From Alphaproteobacteria bacterium (GTDB lineage Bacteria; Pseudomonadota; Alphaproteobacteria; UBA828): a stretch of 64,000 nucleotides of DNA. Of this stretch, positions 27,933-36,644 are shown one piece after another; position 1 is the stretch's first letter, and each line of letters starts with the position of its first letter. Position numbers and translations under genes: made by a program. The notes beneath the pieces are model-generated. The model was not told where the DNA came from and ran no database searches. It saw only the letters and a list, made by a program, of their open reading frames with translations. The stretch is from NCBI GenBank assembly GCA_965237415.1, contig CBDEFM010000002.1:192001-256000 (forward strand). Reading direction: 5' to 3'.

Positions 27933-29490
27933 CCTGAGCCTCGTCTGACGCGTGCGTGACGTGGGCCAGCGAGCGCCCCGTCATCGCCGCAGGTGCCGGA
28001 AGGCCCATCAGGTCGAGGATTGTCGGCGCCACGTCGGCCAGCGCGCCGTCGCGGAGTGCCACGCCGGGTGCGCCCGCGAGAACGGCGGGGACGGGACCAT
28101 GCGTGTGCGCCGTGTGGGGCGTCTCGCCGTCTGCGCCCCGCATCTGCTCGGCATTGCCGTGATCGGCCGTGATGAGGAGGGCGCCGCCGGCTGCCCCAAC
28201 GGCGGCCGCTAGGCGGCCGAGGCATCGGTCCACCGCGGCGACGGCTGCCATCGCCGCGTTCAGGTCGCCTGTGTGACCCACCATGTCGGTGTTGGCGTAG
28301 TTCACGACGATCAGGTCGAAGCGGCCGCCCGCGATTGCCTCGATCACACGGTCGGTGACTTCCGGTGCCGACATCTCGGGTTGCAGGTCGTAGGTGGCCA
28401 CCTTTGGCGAGGGCACGAGCACCCGTTCCTCGCCCGGCATCTCGCGCTCCTCGCCGCCGTTTAGGAAGAACGTCACATGGGCGTACTTCTCGGTCTCGGC
28501 GATGCGCAACTGTCGCAAGCCGGCGCGCGAGACGACGGCACCGAGGCTGTCCGCCACCCGTTGCGGGGGGAACATCGCCTCGCCCAGACGGTCCAGGCTC
28601 TCCGAATAGCTGCACATGCCTGAGACTGCGGCGAAGCGCACGTACCGGGCGCGCGCAAAGCCGTCGAAGGCGGGATCGAGCAGTGCCGTTAGAATTTGGC
28701 GTACGCGGTCGGCGCGGAAGTTGGCCACGATCAGCCCGTCGCCATCCGCGGCGCCCTGATAGCCGTCGATCGATGCGGGCTCAACGAACTCGTCACCAAC
28801 GTCGTCCGCATAGCTCTGCATGACGGCCGCGGTCGCGTCCGCCGCCGGGTGTCCGCGTGCGGAAACCAGTGCGTCGTAGGCGCGGGCGGTCCGCTCCCAC
28901 CGCCGGTCCCGATCCATGGCGTAGTAGCGGCCGGCAACGGTTGCGATCCGCACGTCGGGGAGATCGCGAAGAGCCGCCTCGAAGCGCGTCAGATCGCCGC
29001 TGGCCGAACGCGGCGGCACGTCGCGGCCGTCGAGGAAGGCGTGAATCGCGACTGGCACGCCGTGGCCGCTCACGATCCGCACGAGCGCCGCAATGTGATC
29101 CTGGTGCGAATGAACGCCGCCCGGCGAGACGAGCCCCATCAGGTGGCAGCGACCCCCGCTTTCACGCAGCCGCCGGATGAGCGAGAGGAGGGCCGGGTTG
29201 CGGGCGAGCGAGCCGTCGGCCACGGCGTCGCCGATGCGGGGCAGGTCCTGCAGAACGACCCGGCCTGCGCCGATGGTCATGTGCCCGACCTCAGAGTTCC
29301 CCATCTGACCCCGCGGCAGGCCTACGGCTTCGCCAGCAGTCGCGAGCAGGCCCCACGCGCGGTCTGCGGTGAGCCGGTCCCATACCGGCGTTGCGGCAAG
29401 CGCGATGGCGTTGTGCTCGGTCTCCTGCCGATGCCCCCACCCGTCCAGCACGCAGAGGACGACGGGGCGGTATGAGGTCTTCCGCGCCAT
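27901..29490 (-). CDS. gpmI: 2,3-bisphosphoglycerate-independent phosphoglycerate mutase
   Basis: LDGWG, GQMGNSEVGH, AETEKYAHVTFF, DMVGHTG, TADHGNAE. Confidence 0.97.
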   Translation of the reverse strand: MARKTSYRPVVLCVLDGWGHRQETEHNAIALAATPVWDRLTADRAWGLLATAGEAVGLPRGQMGNSEVGHMTIGAGRVVLQDLPRIGDAVADGSLARNPALLSLIRRLRESGGRCHLMGLVSPGGVHSHQDHIAALVRIVSGHGVPVAIHAFLDGRDVPPRSASGDLTRFEAALRDLPDVRIATVAGRYYAMDRDRRWERTARAYDALVSARGHPAADATAAVMQSYADDVGDEFVEPASIDGYQGAADGDGLIVANFRADRVRQILTALLDPAFDGFARARYVRFAAVSGMCSYSESLDRLGEAMFPPQRVADSLGAVVSRAGLRQLRIAETEKYAHVTFFLNGGEEREMPGEERVLVPSPKVATYDLQPEMSAPEVTDRVIEAIAGGRFDLIVVNYANTDMVGHTGDLNAAMAAVAAVDRCLGRLAAAVGAAGGALLITADHGNAEQMRGADGETPHTAHTHGPVPAVLAGAPGVALRDGALADVAPTILDLMGLPAPAAMTGRSLAHVTHASDEAQATRPRQSQAR

Positions 29491-29654
29491 GATCGGGCCT
29501 TCTAACCCGGCAACCCCGTGTTGGCCACGGCCCTGGTCTCGCGCCGCGCTTCGAGGGTTGATGCTGGGCGGCTGGAGTCAGGGCGTCGGTTCTGGCAATA
29601 GCAAGGCCATGGTCGTGAACAAGGAGTCATGCAATTGAGGGCGGAGCTCGACTC

Positions 29655-30635
29655 ATGACGGCGCTCGCCGTCTTTTTTCTTGCGATTGCAGTTGCCGTCA
29701 CGAGCGCCCGTGCCGACGGGGTGGGCTTCCGCGACATTTCCATCGAGGTGGACGGCGAACGGCTGATCACCGCACTTTGGTATCCGACCGATGCGCCCCC
29801 CGGAGAGACGACCGTCGGCCCCTTCACCATGGCAGCGAGCCGGGAAGCGCCGGTCGGCGCGGGGCGCTACGGCCTCATCCTGATTTCGCACGGGACCGGG
29901 GGCGGCCGCCTGAACCACCGCGACACGGCGATCTTTCTGGCCGAGAACGGCTACGTCGTCGCGGCCCCCGAACATGCCGGCGACAGCTATCGTGACAAGA
30001 GATACAGCGGCACATCGGAGAACTGGCGCCGGCGCCCGCGTCAACTGAGCGCGGTTCTGGATCGGCTCCTCGGCGACCCCGATTTCGGCCCGCATATCGA
30101 CACCCGGCGTATCGGTGCCATCGGGCACTCGGCTGGCGGCTACAGCGTGCTTGCCTTGATCGGGGGACGGGCGGACATGGCCGTCCTTGCCCGCCACTGC
30201 ACCCGCCATCGTGAAGAGGACGCCGCGTTCTGCGGCTATGGCCAGCCTGACGGGCAAGCGCAGGGAACGAAGCCCGATCTCTCGGACCGGCGGGTCGTCG
30301 CTGTCGTGGCCGTCGCGCCGGTCGGGGCGCTTTTCGGCGAAGGCGCCTTCGCGGGCGTCGAGGCGCGGGCGCAAATTCATCGTCTCGAGGGCGACCGGGT
30401 GCTCCGCGAGCCGTGGCATGCGGAGAACGTCCTGACGCTGATGGGTGACAATGCGAACCTCATTTCTCATCCGGTAGCCCACCACTTCGCCTTCATCTCA
30501 CCGTTCCCGGCCTCGCTGATCGGTCAGGTCGGCGCGCCGGGGCGCGATCCAGCGGGATTCGATCGACGCGCGTTCCTCACCCGGATCGACGAACAGATTC
30601 TGAGCTTCTTCGGCGACACTCTGCCCGCGCCGTGA
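29655..30635 (+). CDS. Secreted alpha/beta hydrolase (dienelactone hydrolase/PAF-AH-like)
   Basis: Signal peptide; LWYPT, ISHGTGG, GHSAGG nucleophile elbow. Confidence 0.88.
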   Translation: MTALAVFFLAIAVAVTSARADGVGFRDISIEVDGERLITALWYPTDAPPGETTVGPFTMAASREAPVGAGRYGLILISHGTGGGRLNHRDTAIFLAENGYVVAAPEHAGDSYRDKRYSGTSENWRRRPRQLSAVLDRLLGDPDFGPHIDTRRIGAIGHSAGGYSVLALIGGRADMAVLARHCTRHREEDAAFCGYGQPDGQAQGTKPDLSDRRVVAVVAVAPVGALFGEGAFAGVEARAQIHRLEGDRVLREPWHAENVLTLMGDNANLISHPVAHHFAFISPFPASLIGQVGAPGRDPAGFDRRAFLTRIDEQILSFFGDTLPAP

Positions 30636-30684
30636 TCTGTAGCCGGGCTGCGTCTTGCCAGAGCTTCGCGCGGTTCAGCGGGAC

Positions 30685-31206
30685 TCAGGCTGTCGCTGCG
30701 CCGTCGCTGCGGCTGATAGTTACCGGGGCGCCGCCGGTGAGCGTCTGGTAGACGACGCAGTAGCGCTCGGTGAGCTTGTAGAGCCTGTCGAGGGCCTCCG
30801 GCGCGGCGTCGCTCGCGAGCTCGAAGTGCAGCCGGATCGCCCGGAAACCGACGGGCGCGTCGCGGTCGACCCCGAGGGTCCCACGCACGTCCAGATCGCC
30901 TTCGGCGCTCACCCGCGCGCCCTGAATGTCGATGGAGAGGGCAGTCGCGACTGCCTTGAGCGTCACCCCGGCGCAGGCGACGAGGGCCTGGAGCAGCATG
31001 TCGCCGGAGCATGCTTGCAGGCCCGTGCCGCCACCGGAGGGGTGCAACCCGGCCTCGACCAGCGCCTTGCCGGTATCGACCGAGCAGGCGATCTCCGACT
31101 CGTCCACAGCGCCCGCGGCTTTGAGAACGATGAGCGCGGCGTCTGCGTCGTCGCGGTAGCGTTCCTTGAGCGGCGCCTGCAGCGACCTGAGTTCGTCGGC
31201 GTCCAT
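30685..31206 (-). CDS. OsmC family protein
   Basis: ACSGDMLLQALVACAG, GDLDVRGTLG, TERYCVVYQTL. Confidence 0.9.
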   Translation of the reverse strand: MDADELRSLQAPLKERYRDDADAALIVLKAAGAVDESEIACSVDTGKALVEAGLHPSGGGTGLQACSGDMLLQALVACAGVTLKAVATALSIDIQGARVSAEGDLDVRGTLGVDRDAPVGFRAIRLHFELASDAAPEALDRLYKLTERYCVVYQTLTGGAPVTISRSDGAATA

Positions 31207-31220
31207 GGGGTCCTTCCTCT

Positions 31221-32573
31221 CTAGCGTCGATAGGCCGCGGCGGGGTGTTGCGCCGGCAGGCGCGCACGGCCGAAGAGTTTCTCGCGGAGCGTGCCCGGCG
31301 CGTAGTCCGATTGCACAAGCCCGCGCCGGCGGAGCTCCGGCACCACGCCGTCGATGAAGTCCGCGAAGGTGCCGGGCGTGACCGCATAGACGATGTTGAA
31401 GCCGTCCACGCCCGCCTCGTGCCAGGTCTGGAACGTGTCTGCGATTTGTTCGGGCGTCCCGGTAAGGAACTGGCCGGAGGCGCGGGAGCGCACGAGATCG
31501 CGGAAGGTGAGCGACTTGTCCGGCGCAGACTCGATCAGCCCCTTGACGACGCCCTGTATGGCATCGGTCTCGAGGCTTGCCAGCGGTGTGTCGAGATCGA
31601 TCGTGCCGAGGTCCACGCCCACGCTGCCGCTCATGTGCGCGAGGCCGCCGTCGACGCTCGATTGCGCCAGATAGTCCGCTGCCTTGGCCTTGGCCTCCGC
31701 TTCCGTCCCACCCACCACCGGGGTGACACCCTGGAAGAACAGAATGTCCTCGGGTTGTCGCCCGCGCCGCGCGGCGCGGGCGCGGATATCCTGAACGACG
31801 CCGGCGGACGTCTTCAGGCTCCGCATGGAAGCGAACATGAACACGCACTCCGCATGGGTGGCGGCGAACTCCCGCCCCCGCTCGGACGAGCCCGCCTGGA
31901 AGAGCAGCGGCGTGCGCTGCGGCGAGGGCTCGGAGAGGTGAGGGCCCTCGACCTCGTAATAGTCGCCGGCATGGTCGATGGTGTGAATCTTGGCGGGGTC
32001 GGCATAGACGCCGCGCGCGGTGTCGGAGAGCACCGCGTCCTCCTCCCAGCTTCCCTCCCACAGCTTATAGGTGACCTCCAGATATTCCTCGGCGCGGCGG
32101 TAGCGCTCATCGTGGGGCGGCAACCCGCCGAGGCCGAGATTGGTGCCCGCGTTCGGCAGGTACGAGGTCACGATGTTCCAGGCGAGGCGCCCTTGCGTGA
32201 GGTGGTCCAGCGTCGAAATCTGGCGGGCGAAGGTGAAGGGCGGCACCTGAAGGACGGAGCTGGTGAAGGCGAAGCCGAGATGCTCGGTCGCCATCGCCAT
32301 CGCCGGGATGAGCGGCATCGGGTCGTTCGCCGGGATCTGCACGGCTTCCACGATCGCGGTATCCGGCCCGCCGCGGTAGAGGTCGTACGTGCCGATCACA
32401 TCGGCGAGGAAGAGCGCGTCGAAGCCGCCCTTCTCAAGCAGCCGGGCGAGCTCGATCCAGGGCTCGATCCGGTTGAACTCGCGTTGACGCGTGTCGTCCC
32501 GCACCCAGAGGCCGTGCTGGATGTGGGAGACGCAGTTCATCGAGAAGGCGTTGAGGTGGATGCGCTTGCGCAT
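31221..32573 (-). CDS. LLM class flavin-dependent monooxygenase (NtaA/DszA family)
   Basis: FDALFLAD, LDHLTQGRLAWNIVTS, PSPQRTPLLFQAGSS. Confidence 0.93.
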   Translation of the reverse strand: MRKRIHLNAFSMNCVSHIQHGLWVRDDTRQREFNRIEPWIELARLLEKGGFDALFLADVIGTYDLYRGGPDTAIVEAVQIPANDPMPLIPAMAMATEHLGFAFTSSVLQVPPFTFARQISTLDHLTQGRLAWNIVTSYLPNAGTNLGLGGLPPHDERYRRAEEYLEVTYKLWEGSWEEDAVLSDTARGVYADPAKIHTIDHAGDYYEVEGPHLSEPSPQRTPLLFQAGSSERGREFAATHAECVFMFASMRSLKTSAGVVQDIRARAARRGRQPEDILFFQGVTPVVGGTEAEAKAKAADYLAQSSVDGGLAHMSGSVGVDLGTIDLDTPLASLETDAIQGVVKGLIESAPDKSLTFRDLVRSRASGQFLTGTPEQIADTFQTWHEAGVDGFNIVYAVTPGTFADFIDGVVPELRRRGLVQSDYAPGTLREKLFGRARLPAQHPAAAYRR

Positions 32574-32721
32574 CGGCGCTCGTCTTTCAAGCCGCGGCCG
32601 CATGCCAGCATGGCACGCCCGCGCCGGTTGCGAAACGCAGAGAGCACGGCGGTCGCGGCGTACTGTATGGTCGGCGCCATGACGTGGCGCTCGGCGCCGC
32701 GAGCGAGGCCAAGCGCAGGCG

Positions 32722-33531
32722 ATGGCGGGGGAGGCGATGGCGGAGGATCGCGCAGCGGACCACACGGTCGGCGTCGACGGCAAGGTGGTACTGGTCACCG
32801 GCGCATCGCGCGGCATCGGTGCGTGCTGCGTCCGCTCGCTGCTCGATGGCGGCGCCTCCGTCGTCGTCCACTACAACACACGGCGGGAGGCAGCCGAGGC
32901 ATTGGCGCAAGCCGCGCCCGACCGCTGCTTTCCGGTGGGTGCCGATCTCGCGGAGGAGGAGGCGCCCCACGCGCTCTGGCAGCAGGCGCTCGCCTGGCAG
33001 GGCCGGATCGACGTGCTCATCAACAACGCGGCCGTCTACGAGGCCGAGCCTGCGATCACCGATGATGATGGCTGGCCCGCAGCGTGGCGCGCCGTCTGGC
33101 AGCGCACGTTGCAGATCAATCTGCTGGCCCCCGCCGAACTCGCCACGCTTGCCGTCGAGCACTTCCGCTCGCGGGGCGGCGGCATCCTCATCCATCTCTC
33201 GAGCCGGGCGGCCCATCGCGGCGAGAAGCCGCTGCTCGGCGCCTATGCGGCAAGCAAGAGTGCGCTCAATGCGCTGAGCCACACCATCGCCCGCAATCAC
33301 GGTGGCGAGGGCGTGCTCTCCTACGCTGTGGCGCCCGGCTGGGTCGGCACCGACATGTCGTGGGACTACATCAACAAGACCGGCGATCGCGGCCCGCTCG
33401 CAGAGAACGCGCTCGGCACGCTGATCCCACCCGAGGAAGTGGCGAACATCGTGACCTTCCTCGCCTCCGGCGCGGCCCGCCACGCCACCGGCACCGTCAT
33501 CGACATCAACGGCGCGTCCTTCCCGCGATAG
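32722..33531 (+). CDS. SDR family oxidoreductase
   Basis: TGASRGIG, NNAA, YAASK; ends TGTVIDINGASFPR. Confidence 0.94.
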   Translation: MAGEAMAEDRAADHTVGVDGKVVLVTGASRGIGACCVRSLLDGGASVVVHYNTRREAAEALAQAAPDRCFPVGADLAEEEAPHALWQQALAWQGRIDVLINNAAVYEAEPAITDDDGWPAAWRAVWQRTLQINLLAPAELATLAVEHFRSRGGGILIHLSSRAAHRGEKPLLGAYAASKSALNALSHTIARNHGGEGVLSYAVAPGWVGTDMSWDYINKTGDRGPLAENALGTLIPPEEVANIVTFLASGAARHATGTVIDINGASFPR

Positions 33532-33539
33532 GGGGACGG
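33486..33539 (+). repeat. SDR 3'-end repeat, copy 1 (in gene)
   Basis: CACCGGCACCGTCATCGACATCAACGGCGCGTCCTTCCCGCGATAGGGGGACGG. Confidence 0.9.
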
Positions 33540-33604
33540 AGGTGCGGATCACCGTCGCAAACAATTGCGCGAATCGCAAAAATGCTATATCTGAGTGATC
33601 GAAG

Positions 33605-33931
33605 GTGTGGACCGTCGAGTCCCTGAATGAGACCGTGGACGAGGAACTTCAGGCGTTACCCGCCGATATGCGGGCACGCCTCACGCGAATCTGCGAATTG
33701 ATTTCCACGGTGGGTCTGGAGCGTGTGGGCGCACCGCATGTCAGGCACTTGAGAGGTCCGCTCTGGGAAATGCGTATGAGCGGCAGGGCGGGAATATCGC
33801 GTGCGGTCTATGTCGCAAGCAGAGAGGACAAGAGAATTGTGATCGTGCGGGCGTTCATCAAGAAAACCATGAAGACGCCTCGCCGAGAAATCGATTTGGC
33901 GCTGCGCCGCGCCAAGGAGGTGACAGGATGA
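33605..33931 (+). CDS. Type II toxin, RelE/ParE superfamily (Gp49/DUF891, HigB-like)
   Basis: PHVRHLRGPLWEMR, RAFIKKTMKTPRREIDLA; upstream of HTH antitoxin. Confidence 0.9.
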   Translation: MWTVESLNETVDEELQALPADMRARLTRICELISTVGLERVGAPHVRHLRGPLWEMRMSGRAGISRAVYVASREDKRIVIVRAFIKKTMKTPRREIDLALRRAKEVTG

Positions 33932-34206
33932 GCAAGCTGGCCGATTTGCACGAAAGGTGGAGCCGGGAGCCGGAATATCGCGAGGCCTACGACGGGCTGG
34001 GCCTGGAGTTCGAACTTTCCCGCTCTCTCATCGAGGCACGCACTCGTGCAAAGCTCACACAAGCCGAACTGGCCGAACGCATGCAGACCACGCAATCGGT
34101 GATCGCCCGGCTCGAGAGTGGCCGGAGCCGACCGTCGACGAGGACGTTGGAAAAGATCGCGCAAGCGACCGGCACGAGGCTTCGTATCAACTTCGACCCG
34201 GCGTGA
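33928..34206 (+). CDS. XRE/HTH antitoxin (HigA-like)
   Basis: LTQAELAERMQTTQSVIARLESG; ATGA overlap with the toxin. Confidence 0.9.
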   Translation: MSKLADLHERWSREPEYREAYDGLGLEFELSRSLIEARTRAKLTQAELAERMQTTQSVIARLESGRSRPSTRTLEKIAQATGTRLRINFDPA

Positions 34207-34217
34207 CGATCGCTGCA

Positions 34218-34266
34218 GCACTGTCATCGATATCAACGGCGCCTCTTTCCCACGCTTGGGAGACGG
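34218..34266 (+). repeat. SDR 3'-end repeat, copy 2
   Basis: 41/49 identity to 33491-33539; still encodes TVIDINGASFPR. Confidence 0.9.
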
Positions 34267-34303
34267 CCCGTCGTGGAAGACGCGACAGACACGGAGGGCA
34301 ACC

Positions 34304-35419
34304 ATGAAGGCAACCACATGCTTTGCCGCGTTAGCGACGATCGGCCTGCTTGCACTTGCGGGCTGCTTACACGATGGCGGAGACGACGACTCTCTTGCAT
34401 CCGGGCCTCCGGCGACCACCGAGACGGACATGTCCACGGTAACCCTGAACGACTCGCGCAGCGCGAATTCCGCCGAGGTCATGGACGTGACGGCCCAAGC
34501 GGCACGGTCGCTGCCCCAATTCGGGAGCGTTGTTCAGGCGGCAGCCGTCGGTGTGGCGAACGCTTCCGGCATTTCTACGAGCTTCGACGGCACTGACCTG
34601 ACGATCACTGTGTCGCGCGACGATGGCAGCGCGCTGGCGCTCGACACCGGGAGCGACGTCTCAGACTCTTCCGGCACTTTTTTCGAGTCACCCATTGCCG
34701 GCCACAGTGCTCAGGCGTGGGTCGTGTTGAAGATCGACAACGACGGCATTTCGGTCGCTCGCGCTACGGTGACTGCGAACGAGGGCGATGCGGCCGACTA
34801 CCTGACGATGGGCTATTGGATGCACATCGCCGGGGATTTGTCCGAGTTCAGCTTCACCGGTGTTGAGATCGGGACCTTCGTCGATGGCCCCGAGCTCTCT
34901 TTGACATCGCCGGCGAGCCTGCCGAACCAGGGAACGGCGTCATATTACGGGCCGGCAGGAGGCGCTTGCAGCGTCCTCCATGGCACGGGGGAGGGGGGCA
35001 CCCCAGGCCCGACCGAGATCGGCGAGTTCGCCTCGACCGTGGAGCTCACGGCCTATTTCGCAGGGGGTACCATCGGCGGGTGCGTGGGGTGCCGCGATGG
35101 GGTTGAGCTGTTCGGGGTGCTTCATGACGCCGACACGGGGGAAGAAAGCGACATCCTGCTTGAGAATTCCGGCTATCGCTTGCATCTCGACCCCACCAGC
35201 CTCGACTCCAACGGCACGTTCCTCGGTCAGCAGATGAGGCTGGAGCACCCAGCCATTTCGATCACCAGGACAACGGGTGCGTGGGGCGGTCAGTTCTCAA
35301 ACATTCCCGACAGCGCGGGCGACCCACGTCTGTTGGCCGGCACATTCGGCGCCGAGGCGACCGGCGCCGACGAGAGCGAGGCCGTCTTCCTCGGCTCCTT
35401 CATCGGCACCAAGGAATAG
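34304..35419 (+). CDS. Surface lipoprotein with TbpB-like C-terminal beta-barrel (putative)
   Basis: GGAGG RBS; lipobox LAGC; G/S/T-rich beta strands, GAWGGQF...LAGTFGA. Confidence 0.75.
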   Translation: MKATTCFAALATIGLLALAGCLHDGGDDDSLASGPPATTETDMSTVTLNDSRSANSAEVMDVTAQAARSLPQFGSVVQAAAVGVANASGISTSFDGTDLTITVSRDDGSALALDTGSDVSDSSGTFFESPIAGHSAQAWVVLKIDNDGISVARATVTANEGDAADYLTMGYWMHIAGDLSEFSFTGVEIGTFVDGPELSLTSPASLPNQGTASYYGPAGGACSVLHGTGEGGTPGPTEIGEFASTVELTAYFAGGTIGGCVGCRDGVELFGVLHDADTGEESDILLENSGYRLHLDPTSLDSNGTFLGQQMRLEHPAISITRTTGAWGGQFSNIPDSAGDPRLLAGTFGAEATGADESEAVFLGSFIGTKE

Positions 35420-35431
35420 ATGCTTGCTCAG

Positions 35432-35460
35432 GGGCCGCTCCGTTCGAGCGGTCCCACTTT
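35432..35460 (+). terminator. Putative intrinsic terminator of the lipoprotein cassette
   Basis: GGGCCGCTC-CGTTC-GAGCGGTCC stem followed by CACTTT. Confidence 0.55.
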
Positions 35461-35468
35461 CACTCCCT

Positions 35469-35516
35469 CACCGGCACCGTCATCGATATCAACGGTGCGC
35501 GCTTACGCAATAGGGG
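35469..35516 (+). repeat. SDR 3'-end repeat, copy 3
   Basis: 29/31 identity of 35469-35499 to 33486-33516, then degenerate ...ATAGGGG; followed by hairpin GGCGGCCCCG...CGGGGCCGCC. Confidence 0.9.
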
Positions 35517-35555
35517 AGGCGGCCCCGCGCTGAACACGGGGCCGCCTGTTGCCGA

Positions 35556-36599
35556 TCAGCCGTAACGATAGGGCCTTCCGGCCTTCTCCATGTCCGAATT
35601 GTACTGCTTGAAGATCTCGACCACCTTGGCCTTGGTTTCCGATTCGGCCGCGATTTCGTCCCAGAAGATGCGTGCCGCGGCTTCGACCTGGGCCCATTCG
35701 TCGTCGGGGATCGAGGTCAGCTGCATCTTCGTGCCGTGGACGCGGAGGCTCGCCTCGCCGCCCCAATACCACCACTGGCGGTAGTAGTGGGACTGATCGC
35801 AGATGACGTGCAGGAGGGTCTGAAGATCCTCGGGAATCTCGTTCCAGCGTTCCATGTTGGCGTAGAACGAGCCGATCCAGGCGCCTGAGATGTTGTTGGT
35901 GAGGAAGTAGTTGGTCACGTCGGCCCAGCCGACCGTGTAGTCCTCGGTGATTCCGGACCAAGAGACGCCGTCGAGCTCGCCGGTCTGCACCGCGACCTCG
36001 ATGTCCTCCCAGGGAAGCGTCACCGGGACCACCCCGAACTGGGTCAGGAAGCGCCCGGCGGTGGGGAAGGTGAAGACGCGCTTGCCCTCCAGGTCGGCGA
36101 GAGAGTGGATCGGGTCCTTGGTTGCGAAGTGGCAGGGATCCCAGGCACCCGCCGAGATATGCTTAATCCCGACTTTCTCGTACTCGGCTGCCCAGATCTC
36201 GTTCAGGCCGTATTGGTTGAATAGCACGGGCACGTCGAGCGAATAGCGCGATGCGAAGGGGAAGTATCCACCGAAGACCGTCACCTCGGTGGGCGACGCC
36301 ATCGAGTCGTCGTCCGATTGCACCGCGTCGATTGTGCCCCCCTGCATGGAGCGGAAGAGCTCGCCCGTGGGCACGATCTGGTCAGAGAAGAACAGCTCGA
36401 TCTGCATGCGCTCGCCCGCGATCTTGTTGAACATATCGATCGCGGGTTTCACCACGTGCGCGGCCAAGGCGGGACCGGCGTAGGTCTGCATCCGCCACGT
36501 GATTTGGGCCTGCGCGACTGCGGGCGTCGTCAGCGCGGCGGCAGCGGCAACGGCAGGCGCGGCGGCAGCGGCCTTGAGAAGATTACGCCGTGTTGTCAT
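35556..36599 (-). CDS. dctP: TRAP transporter substrate-binding protein (Tat signal)
   Basis: TTRRNLLK, WRMQT, PIHSLADLEGKR, VQTGELDG. Confidence 0.92.
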   Translation of the reverse strand: MTTRRNLLKAAAAAPAVAAAAALTTPAVAQAQITWRMQTYAGPALAAHVVKPAIDMFNKIAGERMQIELFFSDQIVPTGELFRSMQGGTIDAVQSDDDSMASPTEVTVFGGYFPFASRYSLDVPVLFNQYGLNEIWAAEYEKVGIKHISAGAWDPCHFATKDPIHSLADLEGKRVFTFPTAGRFLTQFGVVPVTLPWEDIEVAVQTGELDGVSWSGITEDYTVGWADVTNYFLTNNISGAWIGSFYANMERWNEIPEDLQTLLHVICDQSHYYRQWWYWGGEASLRVHGTKMQLTSIPDDEWAQVEAAARIFWDEIAAESETKAKVVEIFKQYNSDMEKAGRPYRYG

Positions 36600-36644
36600 G
36601 AGTTTTTCCTTTCAGGTTGATGCTGAGGTAAACCCAGCTATGGA

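Noticed and set aside
33486-35516. CRISPR array or classical integron interpretation of the three repeats
   Set aside because: Spacers are gene-sized, repeats are coding-derived and degenerate, and no cas, intI or attC-like palindromes are seen.
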